64,000 nt of DNA from positions 1 to 64,000 of the forward strand of contig NIVC01000835.1 of the NCBI GenBank assembly GCA_002269645.1, written 5' to 3'. A model generated the notes under the pieces. The model made no database searches, was not told the origin of the DNA, and was given only the letters and a program-made list of their open reading frames with translations. Shown here piece by piece: positions 25,405 to 38,134 of this stretch (position 1 is the first letter of the stretch; the number at the start of each line of letters is the position of its first letter). This DNA comes from Macrostomum lignano (Eukaryota). The position numbers were made by a program, and so were the translations under genes.

Positions 25405-26529
25405 CCAGATCAGATACAAGGCAGAGTAGTTCGCCGGACACTTCTCACCGAGACCAGTGACGACACAATTCAAGAGTATCTGACAGTTCGGGACAGAGTC
25501 GAGCGGTATGTCAAACCGGAGCATGGAATCCGAATACAGATCCAGTCGATTGAGAGGATCCAAAACTCCGAGTTGGATCGCAAACTGAGAAACTGTCTCA
25601 ATGAACTGCACGCCAGCGACCGCCAGCCGCAGCTGCTTTTTCACGGGACGACGAAACAAAACGCCGAGAAAATTATCGAAGATGGATTCAAGGTCGGTAG
25701 TGGAGGCATGTTCGGTCCGGGAATCTACTTCGCCACCGATAGCACCAAGAGTGCTCAATACTGTCGCGACAATGGAGCCAAGTACCTGCTGTTATGCGAT
25801 GTTGCTATCGGAAAACCGTTGGTTTGCAAAGCAGCCGATCCCAGGCTCAGCATTGTACGGCTGCAAGCTGAGGGCTGCGACTCTGCGTTTGCTAAACGGA
25901 AGACTAAGAGCAGCGGAGGTGTACTCAACGATGAGTACATTGTGTACCGAGCTGAGCAGGCAGCCCCTCGGTACCTGGTGAAGTTTATTTCTGGCGAGAT
26001 GAGTGCGATGGTTCACAAAGAAGTGCAGTGCGATTTGCGGATCAAGTTAAATATGGCTCACAAAAAAGTGCAGTGCAATTTAGAGATCAATTTCAAGACC
26101 TTAGCGGAGCACACACAAGCACTCGCAAAATCGAAAATAGAAAGTTGGTCCTCAAAGCTATTCGGTAAGAAACTTAGTAAAAGTGCTTTTATACTCATTT
26201 CTATCGCCGCGTTTTGCTGTTTGATTTATCCACTTCTATTGACCGTCTACTGCTGTCTGTTAATGCTATCAAAAGTGGGCATCGTCATTCTGAGCGCGTT
26301 GTTTTCATGCCTATGCTTCGCTGCTGTCTGCTGTACCGTGATTTGCACCATTGCCATCTGGATTGCTGCGGTTGACTATGGTGGCTCAAGCCAATTTCAG
26401 AACACCGCTTCATGTGCCTCGGTTTCGGAGTATACAATCAAAGTTTTGTTCGTTATTCTTGTTTTCATTTTCAGATCTTTTTGCCGCCACTTAAAAGAGA
26501 AAATTGTTGTCAATTTTTTCCATGGATGA
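25405..26529 (+). CDS. PARP-family ADP-ribosyltransferase (tankyrase-like H-Y-E catalytic domain) with C-terminal TM helices; 5' exon not identified
   Basis: Frame is open from acceptor TTTTAG at 25404; LFHGT, GGMFGPGIYFATDSTKSAQY, LLLCDVAIGK, NDEYIVYRAEQAAPRYLVKF; hydrophobic Cys-rich C-terminus. Confidence 0.85.
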   Translation, partial: PDQIQGRVVRRTLLTETSDDTIQEYLTVRDRVERYVKPEHGIRIQIQSIERIQNSELDRKLRNCLNELHASDRQPQLLFHGTTKQNAEKIIEDGFKVGSGGMFGPGIYFATDSTKSAQYCRDNGAKYLLLCDVAIGKPLVCKAADPRLSIVRLQAEGCDSAFAKRKTKSSGGVLNDEYIVYRAEQAAPRYLVKFISGEMSAMVHKEVQCDLRIKLNMAHKKVQCNLEINFKTLAEHTQALAKSKIESWSSKLFGKKLSKSAFILISIAAFCCLIYPLLLTVYCCLLMLSKVGIVILSALFSCLCFAAVCCTVICTIAIWIAAVDYGGSSQFQNTASCASVSEYTIKVLFVILVFIFRSFCRHLKEKIVVNFFHG

Positions 26530-28487
26530 AGGAATAAGAAAGGATTGCTAATCCAGATGTCTTAACAACACACAGCTAAATAGCTTCAGACACGGCAGCC
26601 AACCGTGAACTAATTTTTATAAATATTATCTTAGTCTTAATCTTAACAGATAAAAATATATCTAGCTAAGCCTTCAGATTTGCAATCAATGTGTTTCTTC
26701 ATCAATAAAATTCTACTTTTTTTTCTTATAACGGAACATTAACTCAATTCAATAGTAACTCAAATATTCTCCTTCCTTGAGCAAAAATTTTCTAAAATTA
26801 TTCCAATATGCTTTTACTTTTATTTTCAAACTCAATAATAACAGTTTTACACCTTTAAACCTTTTATACTAAGTAAAATACTATTTCGAAAATTAATTTA
26901 CAATACAATGCTCGTTTTAAAATTTTTTATAAATATATATATTGCGGCAGAGCCCCCCCCCCCCAAGGGCTGACCCGCGACCGCCTAGGTCAATGCGTTT
27001 TAACAGCAACTCAAATATTCAGTCATTCAATAATTTTTCTCTCCACGGTAGCGCCGCAGTTGTTTGTATCGGAGTCATGTAATTTTTTAAAGTTTTTAAT
27101 TTTTCGTTTGAGGGTTTTTTATTAAATAAATTAATTTTAATAGATATCCGTAAATAATACGGATTTTAAAAAAATTAATCTGTTATAATTGTATTATGGT
27201 ACTTAAATACTGTATAATAAATAAATATTAAAATAATCATTGTAGATAAAAAAACCGGAAAACTCGTCAAAAAATAAATAATATAAAGGAATCCTGTACA
27301 ATTGTCCCTTCATTTTAAACATTTATTAATTTCGATCAATAATACTAAAAGTATTATTAAGTCTCATTTCTACTGCTATCGATTAAATAAATTGTTATAC
27401 GAGTCGAATGCACTAAAAAATGATTTAAGCCAACACTTTCGAAGCTCCCTGTCATGTGCGAGTATTGACATCTTTTCCGTTAGGAAAACAAGCCTTTCAG
27501 GCATAAATTGTACGAGTATTGTTACTGATAATGCTCAACAGCTATTGTTGGCTGTTCCCATAGCCTTTAAGTCATAGCATAGCAACTACGAGCGTACATG
27601 CAATAGGCCAATATCTATTCGTAATCTGTTGCAGAGTCTCAATGCTTGTACAAGCCCTGATACCCTAGAAAATGAGATGAAATCCTTGAGTCTTAAGATA
27701 TGGCTAACCCACCACCCGCCACCCCCGCCAAAAACAAAGTGCATGCAGCTTTGCTTTGCTTTGCTTTGCATGCAGGGTTGAGGCGGGGAATCCCAATCGA
27801 TTCTCTTGTTGTCAACGGCGGTGGCGCCTCTTTATCCTCCCAGACCGCCATGCCCAGCCTCAGAGCGCGATTCTTAGGGCGATTATCTCCGAAGTCCACT
27901 TATCCGCCTCACTAGCCCTGTATGACATCCCTCGCATCGGCTGATGAAGGAGTTTCGGCCGAAACTCGAGAGGAGAGAGAGAGGGGGGGACAAGAGAAAG
28001 TCGTTTGAGACAATTCTTCAACTGTCTCCGCCATCCTAAGCCACTTTGTCTGCAACGAAAATTAACCGCTTAAGGCTGCGACCATTCCTCCCTTGCCAGT
28101 GGTCTATAGAGTCTAGGCTGGTTGGGAGCGAGTGAGAGAGAGGGGGATTGCATGCAGTGCCTTGTAGAGATGAGACGTGGGATCACTCTCTGCGCTTGAA
28201 ACTGAGAAGATTTCCTTAAATGCTCAGTAAAACTGGGATTCAGAATGGAGGGAGGACACGAATAAATGCATTTTGCTGAGCGGATTTCTTGCATGACCGG
28301 GAAATTGCGATCTTTCTGGGAGTCAGAAAATTCGCAGCGGAAAAAAAAACTATCGTGAAAATCAGGCACGACAGGCGCTATAGTGGATAACATGGTGTCA
28401 TAATTGTCAGTAGAGTGTCTAAGGCATATGCAGTTGGTTTGAAAACAATCGGTAAGCCTTGTTACACCCAGGCAGACAGGAGGCCAG

Positions 28488-29075
28488 GCAATCGATAAGC
28501 CTCACCCACACTACACGCACAGGCAGGCAGAGAGCTGGCTAGAAAACCGATAAGCCTCACCCACCCCATCAGCACAGGCAGGCAGAGAGCAGGCTAGTAA
28601 ATCAATAAGCCTCACCCACCCTACACGCACAGGCAGGCAGAGAGCTGGCTAGAAAACCGATAAGCCTCACCCACCCCATCAGCACAGGCAGGCAGAGAGC
28701 AGGCTAGTAAATCGATAAGCCTCACCCACCCTACACGCACAGGCAGGCAGAGAGCAGGCTAGAAAATCGATAAGCCTCACCCACCCTACACGCACAGGCA
28801 GGCAGAGAGCAGGCTAGAAAACCGATAAGCCTCACCCACCCCATCAGAACAGGCAGGCAGAGAGCAGGCTAGAAAATCGATAAGCCTCACCCAACCCACA
28901 CGCACAGGCAGGCAGAAGGCAGGCTAGAAAATCGATAAGCCTCACCCACCCTACACGCACAGGCAGGCAGAGAGCAGGCTAGAAAATCGATAAGCCTCAC
29001 CCACCCCATCAGAACAGGCAGGCAGAGAGCAGGCTAGAAAATCGATAAGCCTCACCCAACCCACACGCACAGACA
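28488..29075. repeat. 55-bp minisatellite with alternating variants, ~10 copies
   Basis: Unit CGATAAGCCTCACCCACCCTACACGCACAGGCAGGCAGAGAGCAGGCTAGAAAAT. Confidence 0.93.
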
Positions 29076-30393
29076 GGTAGGCAGTCAAACAGAAAGAAGG
29101 CCTTACAATTTATTTTAGAATTCGCACTTTTTGTTATGCTGGATGCACTCTGTTGTAGATTGGCCTCTGAGCCAGGCTTTCAAGTGAAATATTTTTGCAC
29201 AGCCACACTCTAGCTAGCTGAAGTAGTAACTTTACTCAGTGGGGAGAGGCAGATTGACAGGCGGAGTGTTAAAGCTTTCAGTTCGATTCTGGGCTGGGGC
29301 AAAACACCGGAAAATTAACGGACGAAGGAAAGGGAAAAGTGAGGGCGAGTTGGGGGCGGAGGCGGCATAATTCCAAATCCTAGTGGCACTCGAGCCGGGC
29401 GCGGGGTATTAAGAGATGCCAACTGCAGCGTGACAGTAGCTACAGGGTTCAGTAACTTCGCTCTAGTTCGGGAGGATCCCAAAGCCGCGGAGAGAGAGAC
29501 GAGCGGGGGAGGAGAAGTTTGGGCGCCCCTTGCCTGAGCCAAGAAGACCCAGGGCTAGAACTCAGAGTGCCAGCGAACTCTGGCCAGATCCGTTTGATGT
29601 CGCGGAGAAAAAATCGACAATTAGTCAAGGAATGAAAAAAAAATATGGCAACACGAGTTGTCTGTTTTGTACTGTAAGATAAAGCCTTATGGGGAAAGGA
29701 AAATTACAGTACAGATTTAAGATGATTTTTCATTCTAAAAGTGCCACGACAGCCAGCCCCCAAGGCACAGAGAGTGTACATGCCTGACGATTAGACAGTC
29801 AGGGCAGTTGTACACCCTGTGTGAGCGTGTGTATGAGTGTGTGCCTGTATGTGCTCAGGATCGTCAGCTGCCTCAGCGCTGGAGTGTGGTACGATGTCGC
29901 CAGGGTGTTCGCAGCCCTCCTGCAATCGTGCTGATTATGGATTAGAGAAGAGAGTTGCTACTCCAGACTGTGGCTCTGGACCGCCTTGGCTGAGGCTAGG
30001 TGGGGGAGGCCGGGGTGGCGGGGGTGACTAAAGGGTCGAGCAGCAACTCATGCCCACGGCAATAAGATGCCGCGAGGGAGGGACACAAGTGCGCCAGGGG
30101 CGGATTAGATGGCGGACAATTCAATCACAGACGATTTGATCAACGCTGCTCAGCCAGAGAGAGATGGGGCAGAGGGCTGAGCATCCTCGCGATCTTCTTC
30201 TTTTTCAACTTTCCGAACCCCTCGTGGGCCGTTCAACAAGTGTCTGCAGCGCTTGGACATTATCCCAAACTGGCCCGAATCTGCACAATTTGCATGCTGC
30301 ACGGCTGCATGATGACCAATGAAAAAACTGGATTGTTGTTCCGTTTCTAGAGGTCTGAGATAAAAGTCCAAGCGCTTCCACAATAGGTTCTTC

Positions 30394-31812
30394 AAAATGT
30401 CCATTCCCGATAGACTCTCAGAATGTCCATTCCCGATAGACTCTCAGAATGTCCATCCCCGATAGACTCTCAGAATGTCCATTCCCGATAGACTCTCAGA
30501 ATTTCCATTCTCGATAGACTCTCAGAATTTCCATTCTCGATAGACTCTCAGAATTTCCATTCTCGATAGACTCTCAGAATGTCCATCCCCGATAGACTCT
30601 CTTGACTTAGCTGCAGGGCGGTCCGAAGACGCAGCGGGGAGGCGAGCGTCGCCCATTCCGCTAATCCCTGAAAGACCCGCATACCGATAGACTCTCAGAA
30701 TGTCCATCCCCGATAGACTCTCAGAATTTCCATTCTCGATAGATTCTCAGAATGTCCATCCCCGATAGACTCTCAGAATGTTCATCCCCGATAGACTCTC
30801 AGAATGTCCATTCTCGATAGACTCTCAGAATGTCCATCCCCGATAGACTCTCAGAATGTCCATTCTCGATAGACTCTCAGAATGTCCATCCCCGATAGAC
30901 TCTCAGAATTTCCATTCTCGATAGACTCTCAGAATGTCCATCCCCGATAGACTCTCAGAATGTCCATCCCCGATAGACTCTCAGAATTTCCATCCCCGAT
31001 AGACTCTCAGAATGTTCATCCCCGATAGACTCTCAGAATGTCCATTCTCGATAGACTCTCAGAATGTCCATCCCCGATAGACTCTCAGAATTTCCATTCT
31101 CGATAGACTCTCAGAATGTCCATCCCCGATAGACTCTCAGAATTTCCATTCTCGATAGACTCCCAGAATGTCCATCCCCGATAGACTTTCAGAATTTCCA
31201 TTCTCGATAGACCACCCTCAAAATGTCCATCCCCGGTAGATTATCAAACTGTCCAGCCCCGGTAGATTATCAAAATGTCCAGCCCCGGTAGATTATCAAA
31301 CTGTCCAGCCCCGGTAGATTATCAAACTGTCCAGCCCCGGTAGATTATCAAACTGTCCAGCCCCGGTAGATTATCAAACTGTCCAGCCCCGGTAGATTAT
31401 CAAACTGTCCAGCCCCGGTAGATTATCAAACTGTCCAGCCCCGGTAGATTATCAAACTGTCCAGCCCCGGTAGATTATCAAAATGTCCATCCCCGGTAGA
31501 TTATCAAAATGTCCATCCCCGGTAGATTATCAAACTGTCCAGCCCCGGTTGATTATCAAACTGTCCAGCCCCGGTAGATTATCAAAATGTCCATCCCCGG
31601 TAGATTATCAAAATGTCCATCCCCGGTAGATTATCAGAATGTCCAGCCCCGGTAGATTATCAAAATGTCCATCATCGGTAGATTATCAAAATGTCCATCC
31701 CCGGTAGATTATCAGAATGTCCAGCCCCGGTAGATTATCAAAATGTCCAGCCCCGGTAGATTATCAGAATGTCCAGCCCCGATAGATTATCAAAATGTCC
31801 AGCCCCGGTAGA
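30394..31812. repeat. 26-bp minisatellite with two homogenised sub-arrays and an internal unique insert
   Basis: CCCGATAGACTCTCAGAATGTCCATC to ~31215, then CCCGGTAGATTATCAAACTGTCCAGC; ~85-bp insert at 30601-30685. Confidence 0.93.
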
Positions 31813-32331
31813 GTCATCAACCTCCTACCGCATGGCTGTCTGAGGCAGCACCAGGGGATTGAGGGCATGGACGGGACAATTTACTCGAACAGACTGGACG
31901 CTCAACTCATCCCTCACCCCCTTTTCCAAGAGTAGCTGATTGGCAATTTGAACGGGCGAATTTCAATAATTGGCCTTTCTGATCCCCTCCGCCCATCCCC
32001 TCTGTCCCCCTCTCTCCCTCTTCCTCAATTAGTGTAGGGGACAAAATCAGTCAAGTAAAAATCTTAATTAGCATCTGCATTGCACAGATATAACTGACAG
32101 TAGCTCAAGTGCATATGGGTCTTCGCCATAAAGACCCATGGAAATTCGGATACAGGACCACACGTATGGGAGCAGAGCCGATGGGAATTGATACGGGGGA
32201 AGGAGAGTAGGGTAGTAACCTGATTGGGATAGCGATCCTGACGATTCCCTGTCTCCCCTGGGAAGAGACCCACTCCTGATTTTCTCTCAAAGTCTAGCCA
32301 GCACAGATCTTAGCTCGGCAGATTCACAGTA

Positions 32332-32738
32332 ACTGCAGATTGGAGTTAGAATAACTGCAGATTGGAGGTAGAATGACGGCAGATTGTAGGTAGAATGACT
32401 GCAGATTGGAAGTAGAATAACTGCAGATTGGAGGTAGAATAACTGCAGATTGGAGGTAGAATAACTGCAGATTGGAGGTAGAATGACGGCAGATTGTAGG
32501 TAGAATGACTGCAGATTGGAAGTAGAATAACTGCAGATTGGAGGTAGAATGACTGCAGATTGGAAGTAGAATAACTGCAGATTGGAGGTAGAATAACTGC
32601 AGATTGGAGGTAGAATGACGGCAGACAGATTGTAGGTAGAATAACTGCAGATTGGAGGTAGAATGACTTCAGATTGGAGGTAGAATGACGGCAGATTGCA
32701 GGTAGAATAACTGCAGATTGGAGGTAGAATAACGGCAG
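32332..32738. repeat. 22-bp minisatellite
   Basis: Unit TAACTGCAGATTGGAGGTAGAA. Confidence 0.93.
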
Positions 32739-33469
32739 GTTAAGGAAAGAATGATCATACATACATTTGAAGTAGATTTTTTATTCAGGTAAAAGGTAAA
32801 CTAACAACAGATTTAAATAAAATGATGTGGACTTGAAAAGATCTTATTCGTGACACTCTTCAATCAATAAGTTGTTCAACTGTTTTCATAATACATTGCT
32901 TGTACTGTACTTGTAAAATAGTTACTCAAAATGACCGTACATATCGGATACTACCCTCGGGTAATTAGTTTGGCATTATAATTTTGCCAGAGTTGCATTA
33001 ATCAGTTTCGGAAATTCTTTGTTTTCTTGAATTAAATTAGCACTTCTTTTAGATGTTTTATCCCGCGCATGCAATCAAACTGGGCGCTTCTTTGCCAAGC
33101 GGAATCATAGTTGGTTGTGCAAACTAAATTTCTGCAAATTAAATTAGCCAATCAGGCCAGGACAGGGCCCGCGCGATGGTTATTTCCGCCAAATTTATTG
33201 CTTCCAGAATCAGGGATTTCCGCACGGGGGGAGCCGGTCAAATTGAAGCTTTTCGGGCCAATCAAAATGCCAACCGAAAAAAAACTTTTGTCAAGATGAA
33301 ATGCAAATTTGAGAGACTAACTTGGAACTAAAAATGTGTCGGCAATTTTTGGATCGCTCAATTAAGTAGCACTGCTCTAGTGTGCACTGGTTGACCTCAT
33401 CAAACTGTGTGAGCTTGTAAGACGAAGAATTACCTCGTCTTAGGATTAGATTTAGGATTATAGGGATGC

Positions 33470-33973
<504 letters not shown>

Positions 33974-34040
33974 GGCGCCTCCAATCTCAGGCACGGACGC
34001 GGTACATGTAAAAAGGACAAACAAGTCAAGTTGATTTAAG

Positions 34041-34080
34041 TTGCCGATATTTTGAATTAGGTAATTCTTCGTCAGGGCAA
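34041..34080 (-). ncRNA. Minimal type I hammerhead ribozyme (G12->A variant)
   Basis: Minus strand TTGCC CTGACGA A GAATT-ACCT-AATTC AAAA TA TC GGCAA: stem I TTGCC/GGCAA, stem II, palindromic ATAT stem III, AUC cleavage triplet. Confidence 0.72.
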
Positions 34081-34668
34081 GTGAAAAGTAGCGACAAGTG
34101 GTGTTGTAAAAGTTATTAAATAGGCGGGTTAGAGGGGAGAGAGAGTAGACAGGTAGATAGAGAGCGTACGGTATGTACACTTGGTGTGAGTCGATAAAAC
34201 ACTATTAGAGTTGAAAATGCAAAATAAAAAACAGTGCACAAATAAAGTGAACCGCACGTGGGCTGCAGCGATCCTACACACGAAATAAATAATGGAATGG
34301 TGCGACTGCACCGGTGTCTAAAAAGGGTGTCTAAAAAGAAAGAGTGACTCTAAGCACTTTACAAAATTGACCTCAATAAATAAAAAAGGTGAAAATGCCC
34401 TCAAAAACTAAAAAGAGCAATTGTACGATAAGCAAAAGAGTAAAAGTAAAAAGTGTAATAAAAAAGTACAGGGTGTCAAGAAACAATGGAAATGTTGATG
34501 CAGAATAAATGCTGAGAATATACAAAAGCTGTGCTTGGGCTAGCGATGAGAATAAAAAAATTTCTAAGAAAGGAGCAATAAAAGGCTTGGTAGGTATCGG
34601 CACGGTCTGACAAAGGTAAGTAGTAGGGAAAGTGAAGTAAAAAATCAAAAGGAAAAAAATAAAAAAAT

Positions 34669-35205
34669 TCAATCAGTGGTGGACTCCAGTCGACTGGGAC
34701 AGAGCAGCTGCCGGAGGTTCCGCCCTTTGGTGTAGGCGGGCAGCACCGGGGCCTCGCAGCACCGGGCCACGCGGTCCTTCACCGCGGCCACCAGGGCGTC
34801 CGACCTCGCACAATGGGGCAGGATCAGCGGGATGGCCGGGTTGTGCAGCGTGCCGGCAAGCTCGTTGACGCCGTGCGGGGTTCGAGTCTTTAACACCTCG
34901 ATGAGCTTGGCCTCGTGGCGCTGCCGCCGCTCGTTCGCTCTGGGTCCCGTGCCGTCACGAGACCAGATGCCGGTGAAGGCGAAGTCCGCCAGACTGTGGC
35001 CATCACTGTTTAAATGGCGGGCCACCGGAGTGTCACGGGCGTGCCGGATGTCGCCGATGTGCGCCAGCATGCGGCCGCGGATGCTGTTGGCGGTCTCGCC
35101 TACGTAGACCGTGTGGTCGCACCGGCGGCAGAACACGGCATAGACGGCGTTGGTGGCGTTGCAGTCAATCCGCTGACTGATGATGAGCTGGACTGTCGTG
35201 GCTGC
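34669..35205 (-). pseudogene. PLE GIY-YIG endonuclease C-terminal fragment
   Basis: IDCNATNAVYAVFCRRCDHTVYVGETANSIRGRMLAH...LKTRTPHGVN; the RT domain is absent. Confidence 0.85.
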
Positions 35206-35867
35206 TGATCAGAAAGAAAGAAAAGGTGGGAGAGAGAGAGGGTGATGAGGATGCGCGTGAGAAAGATAAAGAGAGAGAGAGATATATATATATAGAGAGA
35301 GAGAGAGAGTGATAGGGATTCCTAAAAAATTGGGATTGAGATGCAAGAAAATGATCGCGAGTTAACAGTAGTTTGTTGCAATGAAAATTAGAATAGTTAA
35401 GGATATGCTAAAATTTCGACATCATAAGATAGTTAAAGGCTGTAGTGGTGAGACAGGTTACGCTACAGTTAGGAGTTTGGAAAAAAGTTAATTATTAGGC
35501 TTGACTTTATAACTGGATATAATTTTTAGATACGCGTATTTTAATAGTAGGATGCTATTTTTAGTAACAGATTCTGATACTGTAATAAATTATCAAATCT
35601 AGTTCAATTTAATCCATGATAAGACTATGATTAATGATGTCGCATCGAAGGCTCGAGAAGAACATTATTGTTGTTATGCAAATTAAGTCACCCAAAATGC
35701 GTTTCTTTCACTGCTATTCATATATTGTTGATAAAATAGATATTGCAACCTAGCAATTAGAGTTATTCTAACTGCGGCAGAGGGGTCGCCACCTGAGGGA
35801 CAGGGGGGACATGCCTGTGACCTGTTGTGGAAATCAATAGTTTTGCTAAAGGGGGTCAAAATATAGC

Positions 35868-36385
35868 GCCTTAGGCACCAAAATGAGTGCCTGCCTGCAG
35901 CGCCAAAATGAGTGCCTGCCTGAAGCGCCAAAATGAGTGCCTGCCTGAAGCGCCAAAATGAGTGCCTGCCTGCAGCGCCAAATTGAGTGCCTGCCTGAAG
36001 CGCCAAAATGAGTGCCTGCCTGCAGCGCCAAAATGAGTGCCTGCCTGAAGCGCCAAAATGAGTGCCTGCCTGCAGCGCCAAAATGAGTGCCTGCCTGAAG
36101 CGCCAAAATGAGTGCCTGCCTGAAGCGCCAAAATGAGTGCCTGCCTGAAGCGCCAAAATGAGTGCCTGCCTGCAGCGCCAAAATGAGTGCCTGCCTGAAG
36201 CGCCAAAATGAGTGCCTGCCTGCAGCGCCAAAATGAGTGCCTGCCTGCGGCGCCAAAATGAGTGCCTGCCTGCGGCGCCAAAATGAGTGCCTGCCTGCGG
36301 CGCCAAAATGAGTGCCTGCCTGCGGCGCCAAAATGAGTGCCTGCCTGCAGCGCCAAAATGAGTGCCTGCCTGCAGCGCCAAAATA
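35868..36385. repeat. 25-bp minisatellite, ~20 copies
   Basis: Unit GCGCCAAAATGAGTGCCTGCCTG(C/A)A. Confidence 0.95.
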
Positions 36386-36827
36386 AGTGCAAGATACACC
36401 GATTATCAAAATAATGTACATGTAGAGTTCTTGGCTTTGTACCCCAATCATAAAATCCACGGTGATGCCTCTGAATCGCGGCGTGAGGTGGGTGTCGCTC
36501 GAGGGGTAGAAATTGAGAGATACGATGAAAACCTGCCCGCAGCGCAGCCAATCAGCGTGGAGTGTGACTATTTCATTATTTTCGAAGAAATAAATTGAGT
36601 CTCAACGATTTCTTGCGCCACGGTTGATTGCCAGCAATCGAAAGAGGGTCTCATTATTTTTTTTACTTTCCAGAAACACTGGATGGCGCACATGTACAGC
36701 TGGAAATAGACACAGGACACAGGATAGATTGTAGTTTCAGAATAATATTAGCAAGCAGAAAAGTTTTATCTATATTCAATACCGCTAGATGTAACTACGC
36801 TCCTTATTCCAGTGATTGAACAGGATC

Positions 36828-37068
36828 CATCACCTCAGGAGGGGATTCCTGACCTGAGGAGAGATTCATGACCTGAGGAGGGATTCATGACCCGAAGAGA
36901 GAATTTATGACCCAAGGAGGGGATTCATGACCTGAGGAGGGATTCACAACCCGAGGAGGGGATTCATAACCCGAGGAGGGAATTCATGACCCGAAGAGGG
37001 AATTTATGACCCAAGGAGGGGATTCGTGACCCGAGGAGGGGGTTAATGACACCCGAAGAAGGGATTCA
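36828..37068. repeat. Degenerate ~21-bp minisatellite just downstream of the GPCR stop
   Basis: CATGACCCGAGGAGGGGATT variants. Confidence 0.8.
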
Positions 37069-37190
37069 TGACACTAGGAAAACACTCTTTTGTTAAAACA
37101 TCAGTCGCAAACAGTTCTTCTTGCATCAAGAGCCCTGTATCCTGTCAAGGCAAACAAAACTGCAAAAGCAACAAAACTACTTCAAGCAAG

Positions 37191-38106
37191 TCAGCCCTGG
37201 TTCAGCTGGTCCCGCCGGGCACCCGCCAGCGCCCCCATGCCGTGCAGGCCGCGCCTCGCCAGCGTCCCGATTGTGTCGTACTGGCGGCGTCGCCTGCGCA
37301 AAATCAGCGTCTTGAATGCGCGCCGATAGTCGGCAGAGAACAGCGCGTAGATGAGCGGGTTCAGCGCGCTGTTCACGTAGCCGAGCCAGAAGCAGATGTC
37401 GAAGGCCAGGGCGGAGATGCAGTCCGGGCACACGGCGCCATACAGGTAGACAGAGAAGAAGGGGGCCCAGCAGCCGACAAAGGTGATGCAGATGATGGCC
37501 AGCATGCGGGCGGCCTTCAGCTCCCGGCCGTACCTGCCGCCAGAGGTGAACTGCGCCGCTCTCCTAGTAGCAGCAGTCGCTGCCAGCGTTGTCCAAGAGG
37601 CCTGGCGCGGTACGGCGCCGCTTCCTGTGGGAGCCGAAAGTAGCGTCTCTCCTCTTCCGCAGCCACTTCCGCTGCCGCCGACTCCGCTAGCGGTCCCTCC
37701 GCCGCCGCCGCCACCTCCTCCTCGATGAATCCTGAGCTGGCCGTTCTCGGCGGCGCCACGACGGCCGGCCTTCAAGGTACGATGCACCGCGGCGAAGATG
37801 TGCGCGTAGAAATAGGTCATGATGAGGAAGGGCAGGAAGAATGAGCCGAGCGCTGAGTAGACAATGTAGCCGGGGGTGCTGTGCGCTATGGTGCAGGTGG
37901 GTCCGAGCTGCAGGCAGTCACCCACGGATTCGTTGGCTGTCCGCTTGTCCTGCTCTAGCCAGGTGGAACGGCGGAGACTGTCGTTCTCATCGGCGTCTGT
38001 CTGGAGCAGCAGTTTGAGCAGAGTCGGCAGGCTGATGGCGCAGGCCAGGGCCCAGACTCCGGCCACTAGTAGCCGGGCTCGCTTGCGGTCCATGAGGTTG
38101 GGATAC
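37191..38106 (-). CDS. Biogenic amine GPCR, exon 2
   Basis: Acceptor TTTCCAG, phase 2; YSALGSFFLP, ELKAARML, CWAPFF, WLGYVNSALNPLIY; joined CDS 439 aa. Confidence 0.92.
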
Positions 38107-38134
38107 CTGGAAATGGGAGTGGTTTGCGAAACTG

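Noticed and set aside
30150-30404. 84-aa minus-strand ORF
   Set aside because: It starts inside a satellite and has no recognisable domain or supported splice partners.
30394-31812. CRISPR-like array (26-bp repeats with one unique insert)
   Set aside because: Repeats are contiguous without regular unique spacers, there are no cas genes, and the context is eukaryotic.
32064-32290. Short ORFs or possible retroelement fragment
   Set aside because: No recognisable motifs or terminal signatures.
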